DNA of 63,373 nt, counting the filler, from Chiloscyllium plagiosum (taxonomy: Eukaryota): the NCBI RefSeq assembly GCF_004010195.1. It is 3 parts of one record of this genome, joined end to end, with 100 filler letters (N's around TTAATTAATTAA, not from the genome) between each part and the next. Parts side by side here need not be neighbours in the genome. Positions count along the whole stretch, not along the records: positions 26,516 to 53,740 come from NC_057717.1; 2 more parts are not named here. One strand, 5' to 3'. A program made the translations under genes and the position numbers. Positions 37,301-51,129 of the stretch are shown here, in pieces; position 1 is the stretch's first letter; the number at the start of each line of letters is the position of its first letter. The notes below the pieces were generated by a model. That model saw only the letters and a list, made by a program, of their open reading frames with translations. It was not told where the DNA came from and did no database searches.

Positions 37301-37449
37301 TTGTTTTAGTAATCGAGCGACATTTCTACAGCAGCACCATCTCCACATGGGGACCTATCGGAAACCACATGAACCTCTTGACAGCTCTGTGAAAAAGAAC
37401 TCCCACCAATTTGACTGTCGCCATGGGACGAACGTGACTGTCAGTCAGA

Positions 37450-38080
37450 TTGTAATTATTCTCCTCTTTGCGGACTGGACATAGTTGAGTAATTTTTCGA
37501 ATTGTCAGGAAGATGTCAGAGTTGGAGCTGGAAAGAAACAGCTTCCCCAGGGACACGGCTTGTTGTGTAGCACAAGTCTTCCGTCCTATTGCAGGAATTG
37601 CCTGTGTTCAGCTGTAACGTGCAGCGAATCGAATTGGCTGAAGATGGGCATCCGTGATTCTGTGGGCATCATGTGAAGGGTGGGGTGGATCATCCACTCA
37701 ACACGCTTGGCTGAAGGTGGTGCAGATTATCCCTATGTTTAACACTGATGTGCAGGGCTGTTCCACTATTTAGTACGGGGATATTTGTTGCGACCTCGCC
37801 TCCAGAGATTTATTTAATCGTCAACACCATTTATGCCTGAATGTGGCAGGACTACAGAGGTTTGTTCTGATATGTTTGTCAATTGCAGTAGGTTTATTGG
37901 GTTGTCATCAGGATTAGGTTCACATGTATCTGAGCCTGGCATGTTCACCCACACGAATCACTGAACCATAGGTCGGGTTGATGGTAATCGTAAATTGAGG
38001 GATTATCCCAGGCAAAAAGATACGCGTTCTGCTTTTAATGCTGCTATGATCTGCAGCACTGCATGAATATGCAGTTTCGA
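37450..38080 (-). mobile_element. Old LINE RT fragment
   Basis: KLF..S...DIF....KI.QLCPV.K....N RT N-terminal pattern. Confidence 0.55.
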
Positions 38081-38524
38081 TGTAAAATACCTGCAATCCC
38101 ATTTTGTCTCTCCCCTAGTTCGCATCGAGACCCATTTTCACATCAGCCCTGCACTCGGGGACCTATTGTGGTGTCTGATGTGGTAACACTTCCATTTTCA
38201 CATTCTCATTCTGCTGAGGCTCTCTACCTAGTGTCTAGCCTCCAATCTGGTACATTCCTCAAAACCACGTAACAGACTTTAATACAACTGTTTAATTCAT
38301 CTGAATGTTTTGCCTTGAGGACTGCCATCTTTTGAAGTGAATGTGTTTCCCTCTGTTGCTCTCCCTGACCACGATTAAAAGCTCTGTAGTGTCAGTGATG
38401 CCAGCCTTGTGTAGTTTCACAGCCGATGAATTTGTGCACCTTATGTTATTGCTCATTTCCTGGTGTGTGGCGATCACGTTGGACAGAGTGATTGAGCAGC
38501 TTTGACACACGTCTTTGAAACTTG

Positions 38525-39640
38525 TTCAAAACCAGAAATTACAGAAGAAACTAAGCAGGTCTGGCAGCATCTGTGGAGTGAAAGCAGAGTTAATCTTTCG
38601 GGTCCCGTGATCGTTCTTCAAAGTTTCTAATTTTTGTTTTTGCTTCAGATTTCCAATATCCACAGTTCTTCGTTTTAATGTACATTTGTCCTGATCATTT
38701 CTGTAGAAACTCAACAGATCGGACGTCATTTTCGTAGACAGAGAAACAGAGTTAATGTTTGAAATCCCCCGTGACTCTTCTTCAGAACTGGAAGAGATAA
38801 GAAGATGGTCTTTTAAATTCCTTTACAGCAGTGGAAGAGGGGTGACAGAAAACAGGTGGTGTGGAGGTGCAGCAGAAAAGACAACGGGCTTTTAATTGTG
38901 GGTGAAAGAGAAACAGATGTAAAATAGGTGTAAGTTGGGGTTTGAATGGGAGCAATTGATTCACTCAATTCAGTACAGTATAAACAAGACACAAAGGGAG
39001 CCCAGGAGGTACAATGCAGGAAGAATGGAGAACTGCCATAATGGAGTCAGGCTGTGAAGTTATGGAAGTGAATATTAACTTCTTAAGGCTGCAACGCACC
39101 AAGTTATAAAGTCAGCCATCCTGGTCGGCAGTGTTCCAATAATGTGGTAGCTGTGATCCTGTGAAATACTGTGTCATTGAAAATTGTACAAAATCAATAA
39201 TGGGACCTAAGGGGAAAAAGTGTCAGAGGCAAACCACCAAGAGTATATGTTAAAATCAAAACAAAAATATTAGTTAGCCAACACAAATGATAGCACAGTC
39301 TAAGTAAACCTTTACATTATATATATATTGTAATTAGACACTGCAGTAAATGTAATACCTCAACACTACAATCACTGACTACAGCACTGTGGTGTTACTT
39401 GAGCTTAGGTTCTGCCTCATTGGAACACTGCAGCAGCCCAGGACTGAAATGTTAGCACGAGAGCAAGGTAGGTTATTGAAATGGGAAACAATGAGGGGGT
39501 CAGGGTTATTCCTACAGAGTGGGAGTGTGCCTCAACACAGTCTCGGTTTGGTCTCCCCAATGTAAAGGAGAGAGCATTGTGAGCAGCATTGACAGGAGAC
39601 TGGATTAAAAGAGTGCAAGTGAAATGCTGCTTCACCTGAA
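38525..39640 (-). mobile_element. Fragmented Penelope element (GIY-YIG and terminal repeats with degenerate hammerheads)
   Basis: KQHFTC...YIGETK-like region at 39417-39635; minus-strand TGAAGA...CCGAAA near 38590-38620. Confidence 0.65.
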
Positions 39641-39644
39641 ACCC

Positions 39645-40070
39645 AACATATTTAGAAATAAGGAAGTTTTTTCTATAATTTAAAGATTAACGGATAGTAT
39701 GTCTCCTTGTTTTTGAGCCTTCGTGTAAGGGGAATAACTGCTCTCTGTTCACCCTGTCCATACCCTGCATGCTGTTAAACACCTCTTAACCTTCTTTGCT
39801 TAAAAGTAAAATCAAGTAAATCTAGCTTCCCTCCAGTTTGATTTCTCTCTTGCCTTGTTACTTCTTAAAGGTATTACATTTATCAGTGTTAAATTTAATC
39901 AGTGATTGATCTGTTCACCTGAACAAATGGGTATACCTTCCTGTACCCTCACATGTTCCTCCTCAGTGTGAACCACCAAGCTCATATTGGTGTAATCCAC
40001 AACATTGTTTGTCATTCCCCCCAAACCCCTCCCTCCCATTCTCATCCTCATCATTTATAAAATTCACAAC
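39645..40070 (-). mobile_element. Old CR1 fragment
   Basis: Degenerate reverse RT/3' sequence. Confidence 0.5.
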
Positions 40071-40983
40071 TAAGCCTTGATTTTCTTCCTGTTCTTCACA
40101 GTGAAAAAATTGATAACCCCATTCTCTTGGTTTTTCCCTATTTTGGTGAACTTACAGCGTGATGCAGTAGAGGTCTTTTTATGAGGGAGCCACAGATTTT
40201 ATTTGGGACATGGATTTGAATTTTCCTTTTATACTATGCCCCACTGTATGTTTTATTCATTAGGCGTGTACATAATTAACATTGGATTCGGTTTAGATGG
40301 CTTTCACTGCAATATTTGTGTTTTAGGTGGACCCTGGATAATGTTCATTGGAACATTCCCTGCAATAGTCAGAGCTGAAGGAACGTCCCGTCCGTAGGAT
40401 GGATACAGATTTCAAATTTTGTTTTAAAGAGCTGGAGTGATGAGGATAAAGATCCAATTAAATTCTATTTATCAACAAACGGCNNNNNNNNNNNNNNNNN
40501 NNNNNNNNNNNNNNNNNNNNNNNNNNNNNNNNNNNNNNNNNNNNNNNNNNNNNNNNNNNNNNNNNNNNNNNNNNNNNNNNNNNNNNNNNNNNNNNNNNNN
40601 NNNNNNNNNNNNNNNNNNNNNNNNNNNNNNNNNNNNNNNNNNNNNNNNNNNNNNNNNNNNNNNNNNNNNNNNNNNNNNNNNNNNNNNNNNNNNNNNNNNN
40701 NNNNNNNNNNNNNNNNNNNNNNNNNNNNNNNNNNNNNNNNNNNNNNNNNNNNNNNNNNNNNNNNNNNNNNNNNNNNNNNNNNNNNNNNNNNNNNNNNNNN
40801 NNNNNNNNNNNNNNNNNNNNNNNNNNNNNNNNNNNNNNNNNNNNNNNNNNNNNNNNNNNNNNNNNNNNNNNNNNNNNNNNNNNNNNNNNNNNNNNNNNNN
40901 NNNNNNNNNNNNNNNNNNNNNNNNNNNNNNNNNNNNNNNNNNNNNNNNNNNNNNNNNNNNNNNNNNNNNNNNNNNNNNNNNNN

Positions 40984-41096
40984 TTAGGTTAAAGGGGTAA
41001 ATGTAGGGGTATGGGTGGGTTGCGCTTCGGCGGGTCGGTGTGGACTTGTTGGGCCGAAGGGCCTGTTTCCACACTGTAAGTAATCTAATCTAATCT
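40984..41096 (+). mobile_element. HE1-like SINE 3' end with (TAATC)n tail, abutting ERV-B integrase in copy B only
   Basis: gggcctgtttccacactgtaagtaatctaatctaatct followed directly by integrase sequence; absent at 27490. Confidence 0.85.
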
Positions 41097-44000
41097 GATC
41101 ACCAACTGGTACTTCAACCTTCCCACCCGGGTTAACTCGGTATAATCTGTCTGGATACTCAGAAATGTCGTAGCCCAGGTGGTCGTCCTCCCTGAACGTG
41201 TCTCCTCACAACGTTTTTGTTTATCTTTTTACATGTTATGCATTCTTCACATATCTGTTTGGCAATGGTATATACTCCTTTACTTCCATATCTTTGCAGG
41301 ACTAAATCGGACATTGCCTGCACCCCCAATGACTTCCCTAATGCAAAATGGCCATAATTTCTCGCATCATCAGTTTATTAAGCATCTCCCTTCCATCAGG
41401 AAGCAGCCAACGCCCCTCTTCTGTTTTAAATGCACCTATGTCTTTCAGTTCCTCCTCCTCCTCTTTAGTATTAAATAACGGAGTAGTCGGAAGATTAGGG
41501 AGCGAAGGTATCAGGGGATATATTACTGCTTCTGGTGGAGTCATGGCCCCCTCCCTAGCTGCCTCATCCGCCAATCTATTCCCCCTTACTTCTAGGGTAT
41601 CCCCGTTCCTCTACCATACCCTTGTTGTTTCTCATTGGGCCACATCTTCCTTCGGTTATCTATTTCCTTTGTTTCAGTCCTTTTCTTATGTACCTCATCA
41701 ACCGTAGTACCTCATCGTTTTTGCCTTTTGTTTCTGCTTTTCGTCCTCTCTCCTTACAAATACTCTCTGAACCTCTCTCAGCAATTCGTGCAATGGTTTC
41801 TCACTCCATCCCTTTATTTTCTGTATTTTCTTCTGAATACCTGGCCAAGACTTAGTCACAAAGTGTATTTTCAACAATCCTGACCCAACTGGCCCCTCTA
41901 AGTCCATCACAGAATATTTGCGCATGAAGTCCTTCAGTCTTTGTAAAAACTCCAAGGGACTCTCTTCCTTTCCTTGACATACCTCAAATGCCTTCGTTAA
42001 ATTCTGCGACTTCAGGGTGGCTTCTCCAATTGCCCTTATTAATAAACTTTTCGTGATTTTCTTTTTTTCCCTATCTTCTTGTTTTTGATGATCCCAATTG
42101 GGGTTTCTTAAGGGGAACATATCCTCTGCCTGACCTGCCCCTTCAGTTCCCATGAGGTGTTCCCTGTCCCAGACCTCAAATGCTGCTTTCCTTATCAACC
42201 CTATTTCTTCTCCACTAAACAAAATATTTAGTATGTACATCAATTCTGTCCAAGTATATACATGCGGATCCAGGAATTAATCAATCTGTTCTGACAAACC
42301 TACCAGGTCTTCTATAATTATTTTCATTTCTTTTTAAAAGTACCTTACTTCCCCACTAGTTAAAGCGGCATTAACAAATCCAATTTCTCTTTCCCCGATC
42401 GGGACCTCTCTTAATGGAAGCATGTTTTGGACCAACATTTCTTCGACCTCCCCTTCACTTTCTTCTAATCTTTCCATTTTGCTTCTGGTGCGCTTTGCGG
42501 TCGGGACCTGACTTTTATCTATTTCCTGTTCTGTCTCAGACGTGGTGGGCCCTTCATCCCCCTGTCCCAGTCCCACTGCCTGCCCCTGACACATAGCAGA
42601 AACCGCCACGGGCTGTTGGATTCTTCCATATGCCGGGGGTAAATTATTTAATACCTCTCATGGGGATAGAGGTGGTGCACTAGGGATTTTCTTTTCATCT
42701 ATGTTTACAGTGCACATCCGTATTATAGATTCACCCTACCAACAGGAGGCATAATCAGACTCATCCTGACTGAAGGGTTCTTTTGCATTAATATATAAAT
42801 TTAAACAGTGACAATCCCAGTCCTCGTCCGACCCGTACTTTGGCCAGAAGACGGTAGGACGAAGAATAGGTTCCTTAGTCCATGCAAAGTAACAATACTT
42901 AATCATCTTCTTTCTATTTTTTTGTCGTGTGTGTCATAATTTTGTTTCCGATTTCCCAACATCCGACCCAACGGACTTACTGGAGGAATGTTGCCAGGAA
43001 CGCTACCCTTGTCCACGAAGGATTTTCCTTTACTACATGTTGCACAACCCATTTCACCCTGGTTCACCACCCATTGGCCTCAATCACCTCTCCCGATAGA
43101 GATCCAATCCTTACAGAATCTGAGGATTCTTTCCCCTAGAAAACTCAGTTAAATCCTTGAGTCCAACTCAAGGTAGAGCACTTTTTAAGGGTTAGCCTGA
43201 CCCATGTCAGGTGATTCTGGTGTTCTTGTAAATCGCGAAAAGGCAATCGAGTTAAGGGTCCTACCCCTATGTACCAGAAACCTCGAGTCGAGCTAGAGGT
43301 AGGCGTTTGGTACTCCCGATCCCCAGGTTACTTTCGTTAGTCCCTCATAACTGCTAAAACCCAAGCCCCAGCCACCAAGGTAGTACTTAAATGTCAGTTT
43401 TGTTTCCTTGGTCCATTCACAAAGTTACCTAGCTATTAGACGTCTTCCGGTTATGCCTTCCCCCTTGGGTCCCACCCAAGGTCCCCTTGAGTCCAACTCA
43501 AGGTACACACACTCACTACCAACTGGATCGGAACGACTCTTAAAGGATTCAATTCAGGCAATCCCTCAAGACACCCACCAGTGAAAAACACGAGACTGTT
43601 CTAAAGGAATGTTGCGCGCCTTCTCAGTTATCGATGGTGGGAGCCTTTTGAAGAGCTGAAATTCATCCCGGACGAGCCCTCAGTTGTGAGAAACGAAACC
43701 ACTGAATCAATAATTTTCAATCCGAGTCAAAGAGTTCCGAAGCAGTACATTCATTCGAACATCTTTTAAGATGGATGGCTCTCCGAGGAGAGTCACACCC
43801 AACAGTAAACTACAGAGTGTTTAAATACTTTTCTGAGGGGGTCTCTCGACACCCCAACATTAAGCAATAAACCTATCATAAGTATCTATTTCATTCTATC
43901 CCCTTATTTGGTTATTCCCTGCACACAAGCCTAAGCCGATCATACTTATTAATTACCTCACTTGTTTTCCTTTTAAGTCTGTCTTATTTGGTTGTCCTTG

Positions 44001-44225
44001 TTCGTTACAGCCTTCCTGTTATTTTATCCAGTTCCTCTTTTCTAACCTTCTGACTTCTGAGATCATCCTTTACTATTTCGATCGTCCAAAAAGCGGACCT
44101 ACAAACAATGAGCTTATTGCGAAATGCCCCTCCTGCTCCTTTTGTGGTCAGTTACAACACTGAAAGTTATTTCTTACCTTAAAACTATTTCTTTAAAAGA
44201 CCCTCTATATTCGTTAAAATCAACA
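41097..44225 (-). mobile_element. ERV-B copy B (LTR 43685-44225, PBS-Pro 43665-43682, gag from 43052, same internal deletion, RNase H and 5' integrase)
   Basis: Collinear with 27491-30621. Confidence 0.92.
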
Positions 44226-45879
44226 TACACTTGACAACCTGAAAATTTTCTCTCTCAATGACCAACAAATGAAGCACATGTTTCAGAGAGGAGACACTCT
44301 GTAAAGAGATCAGAGGCATCTTCAGAACCCAGCCTGGATTTCCCAATAACATTTTCCAAATCCACACTACACCGTGTGTGACAGTTGTGAGGGATTGAAT
44401 GAGATCCTGTGTTACTATGGACCAGGTATTTGGAGCACGTGCCGCCCATCTACTCCTTGCAGGACATTTGAAGGACTGAATACAATATAGGAACATAGGA
44501 CTGAGGAGCATATGTGGGTCATTAGACACTTTATAGCTTTTCCACTACGCACGAACACTGTGGCTGATCTGATTATGGTTTCAGTAGCACTTTTCTGTCT
44601 GTGTACCATTTTCCTACATTCACTTGTCTGTCAAATTTTCACCACAAACAACTTTGGATAAAGGCAAAGATCCAGGCACCACAAACTTCTGTGGAAGGGA
44701 ATTCCCACTTTAACAGCCCTTTGAAAATTTCGCATTTGTGTTCTAACCAATGTTGGAGGGTCACTGCTTCCTCTTCCTGTCCCACTCCTCCACTGGTTAC
44801 AACAAATTATAAATGAAAACATGTAGTGATATGACCAATGATGCAGGTCTCAGACTGGGTCATTTTTTAGAAAAATATGAGACACAGAAATTTGAACTCA
44901 TAACAAATGTTAAAATGATAGAGTGCCCCAAATGTTATTCTGCCTTGAAAGTTATTCTGCTCACACAATCTGCTGGGAATGGGATTTCTTTCTGGAACAG
45001 TTGGATTTGGCTGAATTCCCTTTGCTTTCGGTAGTGGAGACATTCCAATGAATATTCATCAGGAAACCTTCAAAAGTGGTAAAGATGACACAGGGATTTT
45101 TTGGTCTCCAACTTTGCTATTGGCTGCAACAAAGTAAGAGAGAGGGATCAATCGGCTGCTGCTTCTCAGGCACGGAACATTTTTCTCCCTCTCTGTGTTG
45201 GAGAATAAAATATGTCAATTGCACACCACACTGTGCTATGTGCGCGCTCCATGAACATTCTCTGGAATGGATGATTATGGACTCTATGCAGCAGCATCAT
45301 TGCTGTTATTGTACATCGCGCCTTTCAAGAGCAAAATATGTTCCCGCTTAACAATGTGATGACATTTTTATATGCGTCTGTGGAATTTGTAAATATTGGT
45401 CGATGTCTTTTATAATATGTGTGTTATTGTCAATGCATCTCATTCTTAAAATATATTCTCTGGCTTTATTCTCCTTAACAAGAGTAAACATGCGTCCAGC
45501 TGATAAACCTTTCACAAAGTCATGGATGGTTCAATAAGATTTCTCATCTGAGATCGAAACTGATAATTACCCATAACAAATCCCCCTTCATTCCAGGAAT
45601 GAGTTAATGGAAACATGTTTGACAATCCTCTGAACGAATTATACATTTTTTTAAAGTTTAGGGGATCATAACTGCACACAGTGTATCAGATGTGGTCTCA
45701 GCAATGCCCTGTACAGATGCAATAAACCATTCCTCATGAAACCCGATACCTTTTGCCAGAAACATCATCATTCCATTTAACATTCAAATCATTTTGCTGT
45801 ATCTGACTTCATATGATTCATGTACCAGGAACATGGAAACCGCCTGTATCATAGAGCTCTGCAATATCTCTCCATTTTA

Positions 45880-46198
45880 CTTAGATTAGAATACTTACAG
45901 TGTGGAAACAGGCCCTTCGGCACAACAAGTCCACACTGACTCTCCAAAGAGCAACCCACCCCGACCCATTCCCCTCTAATAACCCCTTCACCTAACACTA
46001 CGGGCAATTTAGCATGGTCAATTCAGCTAACCTGCACATTATTGGATTGTGGGAGGAAACCGGAGCACTCGGAGGAAACCCCCACAGACACGGTGAGAAT
46101 GTGCAAACTCCACACATATAGTTGCCTGAGACGGGAATTGAACCCGGGTGTCTAGCGCTGTGAGGCAGCTGTGCTAACCACTGTGCCACCGTGCCGTC
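45880..46198 (-). mobile_element. Full-length HE1-like SINE
   Basis: Minus strand ggcacggtggcacagtggttagcacag...gggttcaattcc (A and B boxes). Confidence 0.92.
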
Positions 46199-46687
46199 CA
46201 AAATTTAAATTGATTACTTAACCTACCTGCCAAAAATAGACAACTCACCTTATGCTATTTCTGCTGAAGTTTTGCTCACTAACCTTCCCTGTCGATATCA
46301 CAATGTAGACTCACTACCTCCTATTGACCATCTTGGTTTAGGAGCTCATTGGGATTGAAGCCATTCAGTGCCCTTTCTCCTGATCTTTGATACAGATTAT
46401 TGATCATTGATGACCCCACCGTGATCTCTGTGGCACTACACTAGTTACAGCTTTGAGATCTGAAAATAAACGTTTATCTCTATTCTCCATTTCCAGTTAG
46501 CGACAGTTTCCCTGTTCCTGTGTAGCAGCTCAGGCAGGTTAAATGGTCTCCTGTTGGGCTGTGTAATGGACTTAACGAGATAAATTACCTCATCCTATAT
46601 TCCTGTGTAACTCCTTCGATTGGCAGAATGGTCACCTTCCGTCTCATTGTAACGAACCTGTCTGTCTAAATGGAGTGGTTCCCTATC

Positions 46688-47612
46688 CTGCTACAGCCTT
46701 GCGAGGTGGATTGAGGGAACAGCACCTGGGGTAGGGGCAGCAGTGTATCTCTGTAACAGCCTCGACAGTGGATTGAGGGAGCAACACATGGGGTAGGGGC
46801 AGCAGTATATCTCTGCAACAGCCTCGAGGGATGGATTGAGGGATAAACACATGGGGCAGGGATAGCAGTATAACTCTGTAACAGCTTCGAGGGTGGATTG
46901 AGGGAGCAACATATGGGGTAGGGGCAGCAGCATATCTCTGCAACAGCCTCGAGGGATGGATTGAGGGAAAAACAAATGGGGCAGGGATAGCTCTGTAACA
47001 GCCTCGAGAGTGGATTGAGGGAGCAACACATGGGGTAGCGGCAGCAGTATATCTTTGCAACAGCCTTGGGGGTGGATTGAGGGGTCAACACATGGGGTAG
47101 GGGCAGCAGTATATCACTGTAGCAGCCTCGAGGTGTGGATTGAGAGAGCAGCACATGGGGTAGGGGCAGCAATATATCTTTGTAACAGACTCGAGGGTGG
47201 ATTGTGGGGACAACACATGGGGTAGGGACAGCAGCAGATCTCTGCAACAGCCTCGAGGGTGGATTGAGGGGACAACACATGGGGTAGGGACAGCAGCAGA
47301 TCTCTGCAACACCCTCAAGGGGTGGATTGAGGGAAAAACACACGGGGCAGGGATAGCGGTATATCATTATAACAGCATCGAGGGGTGGATTGAGTGGACA
47401 ACACAGGGGGTAGGGCCAGCAGTATATTTCTTTAACAGCCTTGGGGGTTCATTGAGATAACAACACATGGGGTAGTGTCAGCAGTATATCTCTGTAACAG
47501 CCTCGAGGTGCGGATTGAGAGAACAACACGTGGGGTAGGGACAGCAGTATATCTCTGTAACAGCCTCAAGGGCTGGATTGAGGAACAATGCATGGCGTAG
47601 GGTCAGCAGTTG
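46688..47612. repeat. 62/63-bp minisatellite, about 15 units, copy B
   Basis: Same unit as 32878-33735, with different unit order and number. Confidence 0.95.
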
Positions 47613-48624
47613 GCCATTTGGCTGCACTATTCAGAATGCTCTTGGCTGAGCCGAGTGTGTCTGACCATCCGTCTCCTGGCTGTTTCCAATAAACATTGAC
47701 TCTCCTGTCCAGCAAAGATCAGTCGAATTGAACCTTGAATATCTTCAATAAACGAGTCTTCACTGCTCCCTGAGGATGAGGACACCACAGATAGCACAAC
47801 ACTAAAGGGAAAGGGACATCTTTATTTCATTGTGGGACACGTTATTTTAAACTGTGTTAACCTAACATCAAATCACCACCTCTTTTACACATAAGGATAC
47901 AATTAATAGGAATAGGCATGAACCATTCCACCCTCCAAACCTGTCCCACATTCCCACTGACTCTTTCCAATCAAGTATGTATTAAAACCAGCCTCTGTAG
48001 CTGTCTCAGGAAGAGAATGTCTGATAGCATTACACCACACAAGCATTAAAAGAGAAGAATTAAGCCATTCGGCCCGTCGAGTCTGATATGCCATTCATTA
48101 ATTTCTTACATGTTCCTCATGTCATTCTCCTGCCTTCTCCCGATAATCCTTGATGGTATATTGGGATGCTTTACCCAATACATCTGTGTATTTGTATGTC
48201 TGCATTTCTGTGCAATGGGGTATCTGCTATTTTGGTAGTGAGAGAGCTGACGTTGGAACTGACAATGGGTTTAAAGTGAGAATTACCCTTCAATGAACAT
48301 TACCCCTTACTCGGTTGGTGGGAAATCAATGATTCAGATTCTCCACACGAGGCATCCCGGTCCTCTCCGGCTCATACCAGGGTCCTCCCCACATGGCTGG
48401 GGGTGGGGGGTGAGGAATGTATATCGGGCACTCCACCGCCTGGTTTGGCCTTTTCTGTCCTTTTCCAGGCTGCATCTCCTGGGTAGGTAGAGTGGGATTG
48501 GGTGTTCCTTCTGTTAGTGCTGGTGTAGCTGGGGGGAAATGGTGAGGTGTCTTGAGGGAGTCTGTCCACTGAGTTGTATCCGTAAGGTGTCATTAGTGTG
48601 GGGGTTATTGCATCGGTGACAGAA

Positions 48625-50025
48625 ATAAATGTACAGGAAGATATAGATGGAAAGATCAGATGCTCAGCTCAATGGCAGATGGAATGTAATCCTGATAAAT
48701 ATGAGGTGATGCACTTTTGAAGAAAGAACCAGACAGTGGAGTACTCAATGAATGGTAGTACACTAGGAAGCTCAGAGGGTGCTTCTCCACACATAGTGAC
48801 CATAAACATAGCCTTCATTCATCGAGGCATAGATTATAAGAGCTATGTGAAACTTTGGTTAAGCCAAAATGGAGTACTCTGTGCAGTTCTGGGAGCCACA
48901 TTAAAGGAAGAATGTGATTTCACTAGACGGGTGTAGAGGAGATTCACCAGGATGTTCTCTGGGATGGAGCTGATCAGCTATGGAGAGAGGATGGACAAGC
49001 TCTGGTGTTTAATTCGGAGCAGAGAAGGCTAAGGGGGACGTGATTCAGAAGGATAAGTTTAAAAGGAACATGCACAGGGTGGAGAGACAGCAGCTCTTCC
49101 TTTTAGACAGAGGGTCAACAACAAGGGAACACACTTTTTAAGTGAAGGGTTTGAGGATTAGAGAGGATCTGAGGATTGTTCTTCACTCACAGGATGTTGG
49201 GGTTTAGAATGTACTTCCTGAGAAGGGAGTTGTCATGGGTAACCTCACAGCCATTACAAAGTACTTGGAAGAGCAGTTGAAGTTTCGTAACAGTCCCGGC
49301 TATGGAAAGTGGAACTAATGTAGACTATGCTGTATTCCTGACTGTACAGAGGTTATGCTTCTGTGATTCTACGACTGTGGAAGGTCAATCATTGAGCAGC
49401 TTAAGGCAGGCATTGACGTATTTCATAACAGTATATTTACAAGTGTTGTAACAATGAACTTGTGTGTGACAGCCTCAAACAGTATGATAATATCAAATGG
49501 CAAAATTAAGGGGGAAAGGTGCAGCTTCCTTACAGTTTCAAAGCAGATAATGGAGAATGGAGAACAGGGAAAAAGCAGAAGAATTGAGCAAATATTTCAG
49601 TTATGCCTTCGCAGAATAAAACAAAACCAAACCCAGTCTTCCCAGTAATACTAATAAACTTTATTCTAGTGTAGAAGAGGGGAATTGAATGAAATTAGCA
49701 AATTAACGTTTTAGAGTAAGTATTGGGACTGAAAGTAATGGGCATGGACAAAATCAACAGAGATTTATCAAATGGGAATCATATTTGAGAAACGAACTTT
49801 CAGCAAAATTACGGAGAAGCAATCAATGCAATGCAACTGGGCTTTCAGAAAGAGTTTTGTAAAGTCCCAAGCCTCCTATGCAATTTCGAAACTTATGGAA
49901 CTGGATTAATATATGGTCATGGTTTTAGAATGGGAGAGCTGGCAGGACACAATGAGTAGGAATAAAACAATGTTTTTTTTTAGAGTGGAAGGCTTGGTTA
50001 TTGCAGGGATTGGGGCTTGGGACCA
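48625..50025 (+). mobile_element. CR1 fragments
   Basis: QWQMECNPDKYEVMHF; YSVQFWEP; RRFTRM..GM. Confidence 0.75.
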
Positions 50026-51129
50026 AGCTGCTCCCAAAGAAACAAATGCAACTTTTCCCAGCTGCTGATGGTACTAAACGAAGTGAGATTGTGAGTGTGT
50101 GAGCATGATGTGGCAAAGCTCCAAGGTGACGGAGTCAAGTGGAGTGTCTGGACAAATACGTGGCAGATGGAGAGAAATGTGGGGAGATGTGACGTTGTGC
50201 CGTTTGATGGGAAAACCAGAACGACAGCCTACCATTGAAACGGTTGGTAAATGTTACTCTATAAAGGGACTTCTGCTCCATTTTCTGGTTTCCATCTGCG
50301 CATCCCTCCGAGGTCCATGCGGGGCAATGAATTCTGAATCCAGAATTGAATACTGGGAATGGCATTGGCATGATGACCAGCGTATATAGACCAACCATGT
50401 GGGGAGCTGTAACATTGCAAAGCTTTTGGATCTCCCTGTACACCAGTCACTGAAAGCACTATTGCAGATACAGATTTCAAATTTTGTTTGAAAGAGCTGG
50501 AGTGATGAGGATAAAGATTCAATTAAATTCTATTTATCAACAAACGGCAGGGGATCAAATCATATCGGCATGTTTACCTTGAACTGGAAACAAATTATTA
50601 AAGCATACGCCCATTTTTCTTCATATTGTAAAAACAGTCGCACAAAATATTCTAAGAGCAGCATGGATCTTACAGCTGTTCCTAGGATTGCAGACAGTTA
50701 AATATTTAATATAGTTTTTTTTGTAGTTTATATAGTTATATTAGTTAATAATATAACATTGGTTTTCTATTTTGTTCTATTAACATTCGAAAATAAAACA
50801 AAAAAATTCAAGATATCATGATTTTCTTTCAAAAGAACATTTTTTAAAAGAACATTTTCAGCGTGGTTTACAAAAAAAAGTCTATTTATGCATAAAAGAT
50901 TTTTTTACGCTGCAATGCTTTTTTTGTTTCTAAAAATTAAACAGTTTTTGTTTAATAAGGAGCTGTGCCTTCATCCAGGAGAGTGCTACACATGCTCAGC
51001 TTCGGAGAAGACTTTTTTCTTCTCGGAATATATTGAAGACAAATAATTTTGTTGATTTCATGAGCTAAATAGTTCATTTTATTGAATTTTTATATGTTTG
51101 ACATGCATATGTATATATTACTCCACTTT

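Larger units (their letters stand above)
27491..40483 (+). repeat. Tandem segmental duplication, copy A
   Basis: Collinear high identity with 41097-50548, offset 13604 across ERV-B. Confidence 0.92.
41097..50548 (+). repeat. Tandem segmental duplication, copy B
   Basis: Matches 27491-35499 and 40400-40483. Confidence 0.92.

Noticed and set aside
46120..46198. tRNA gene-like A and B boxes here and at other SINE heads
   Set aside because: They continue into SINE bodies and form no complete cloverleaf.
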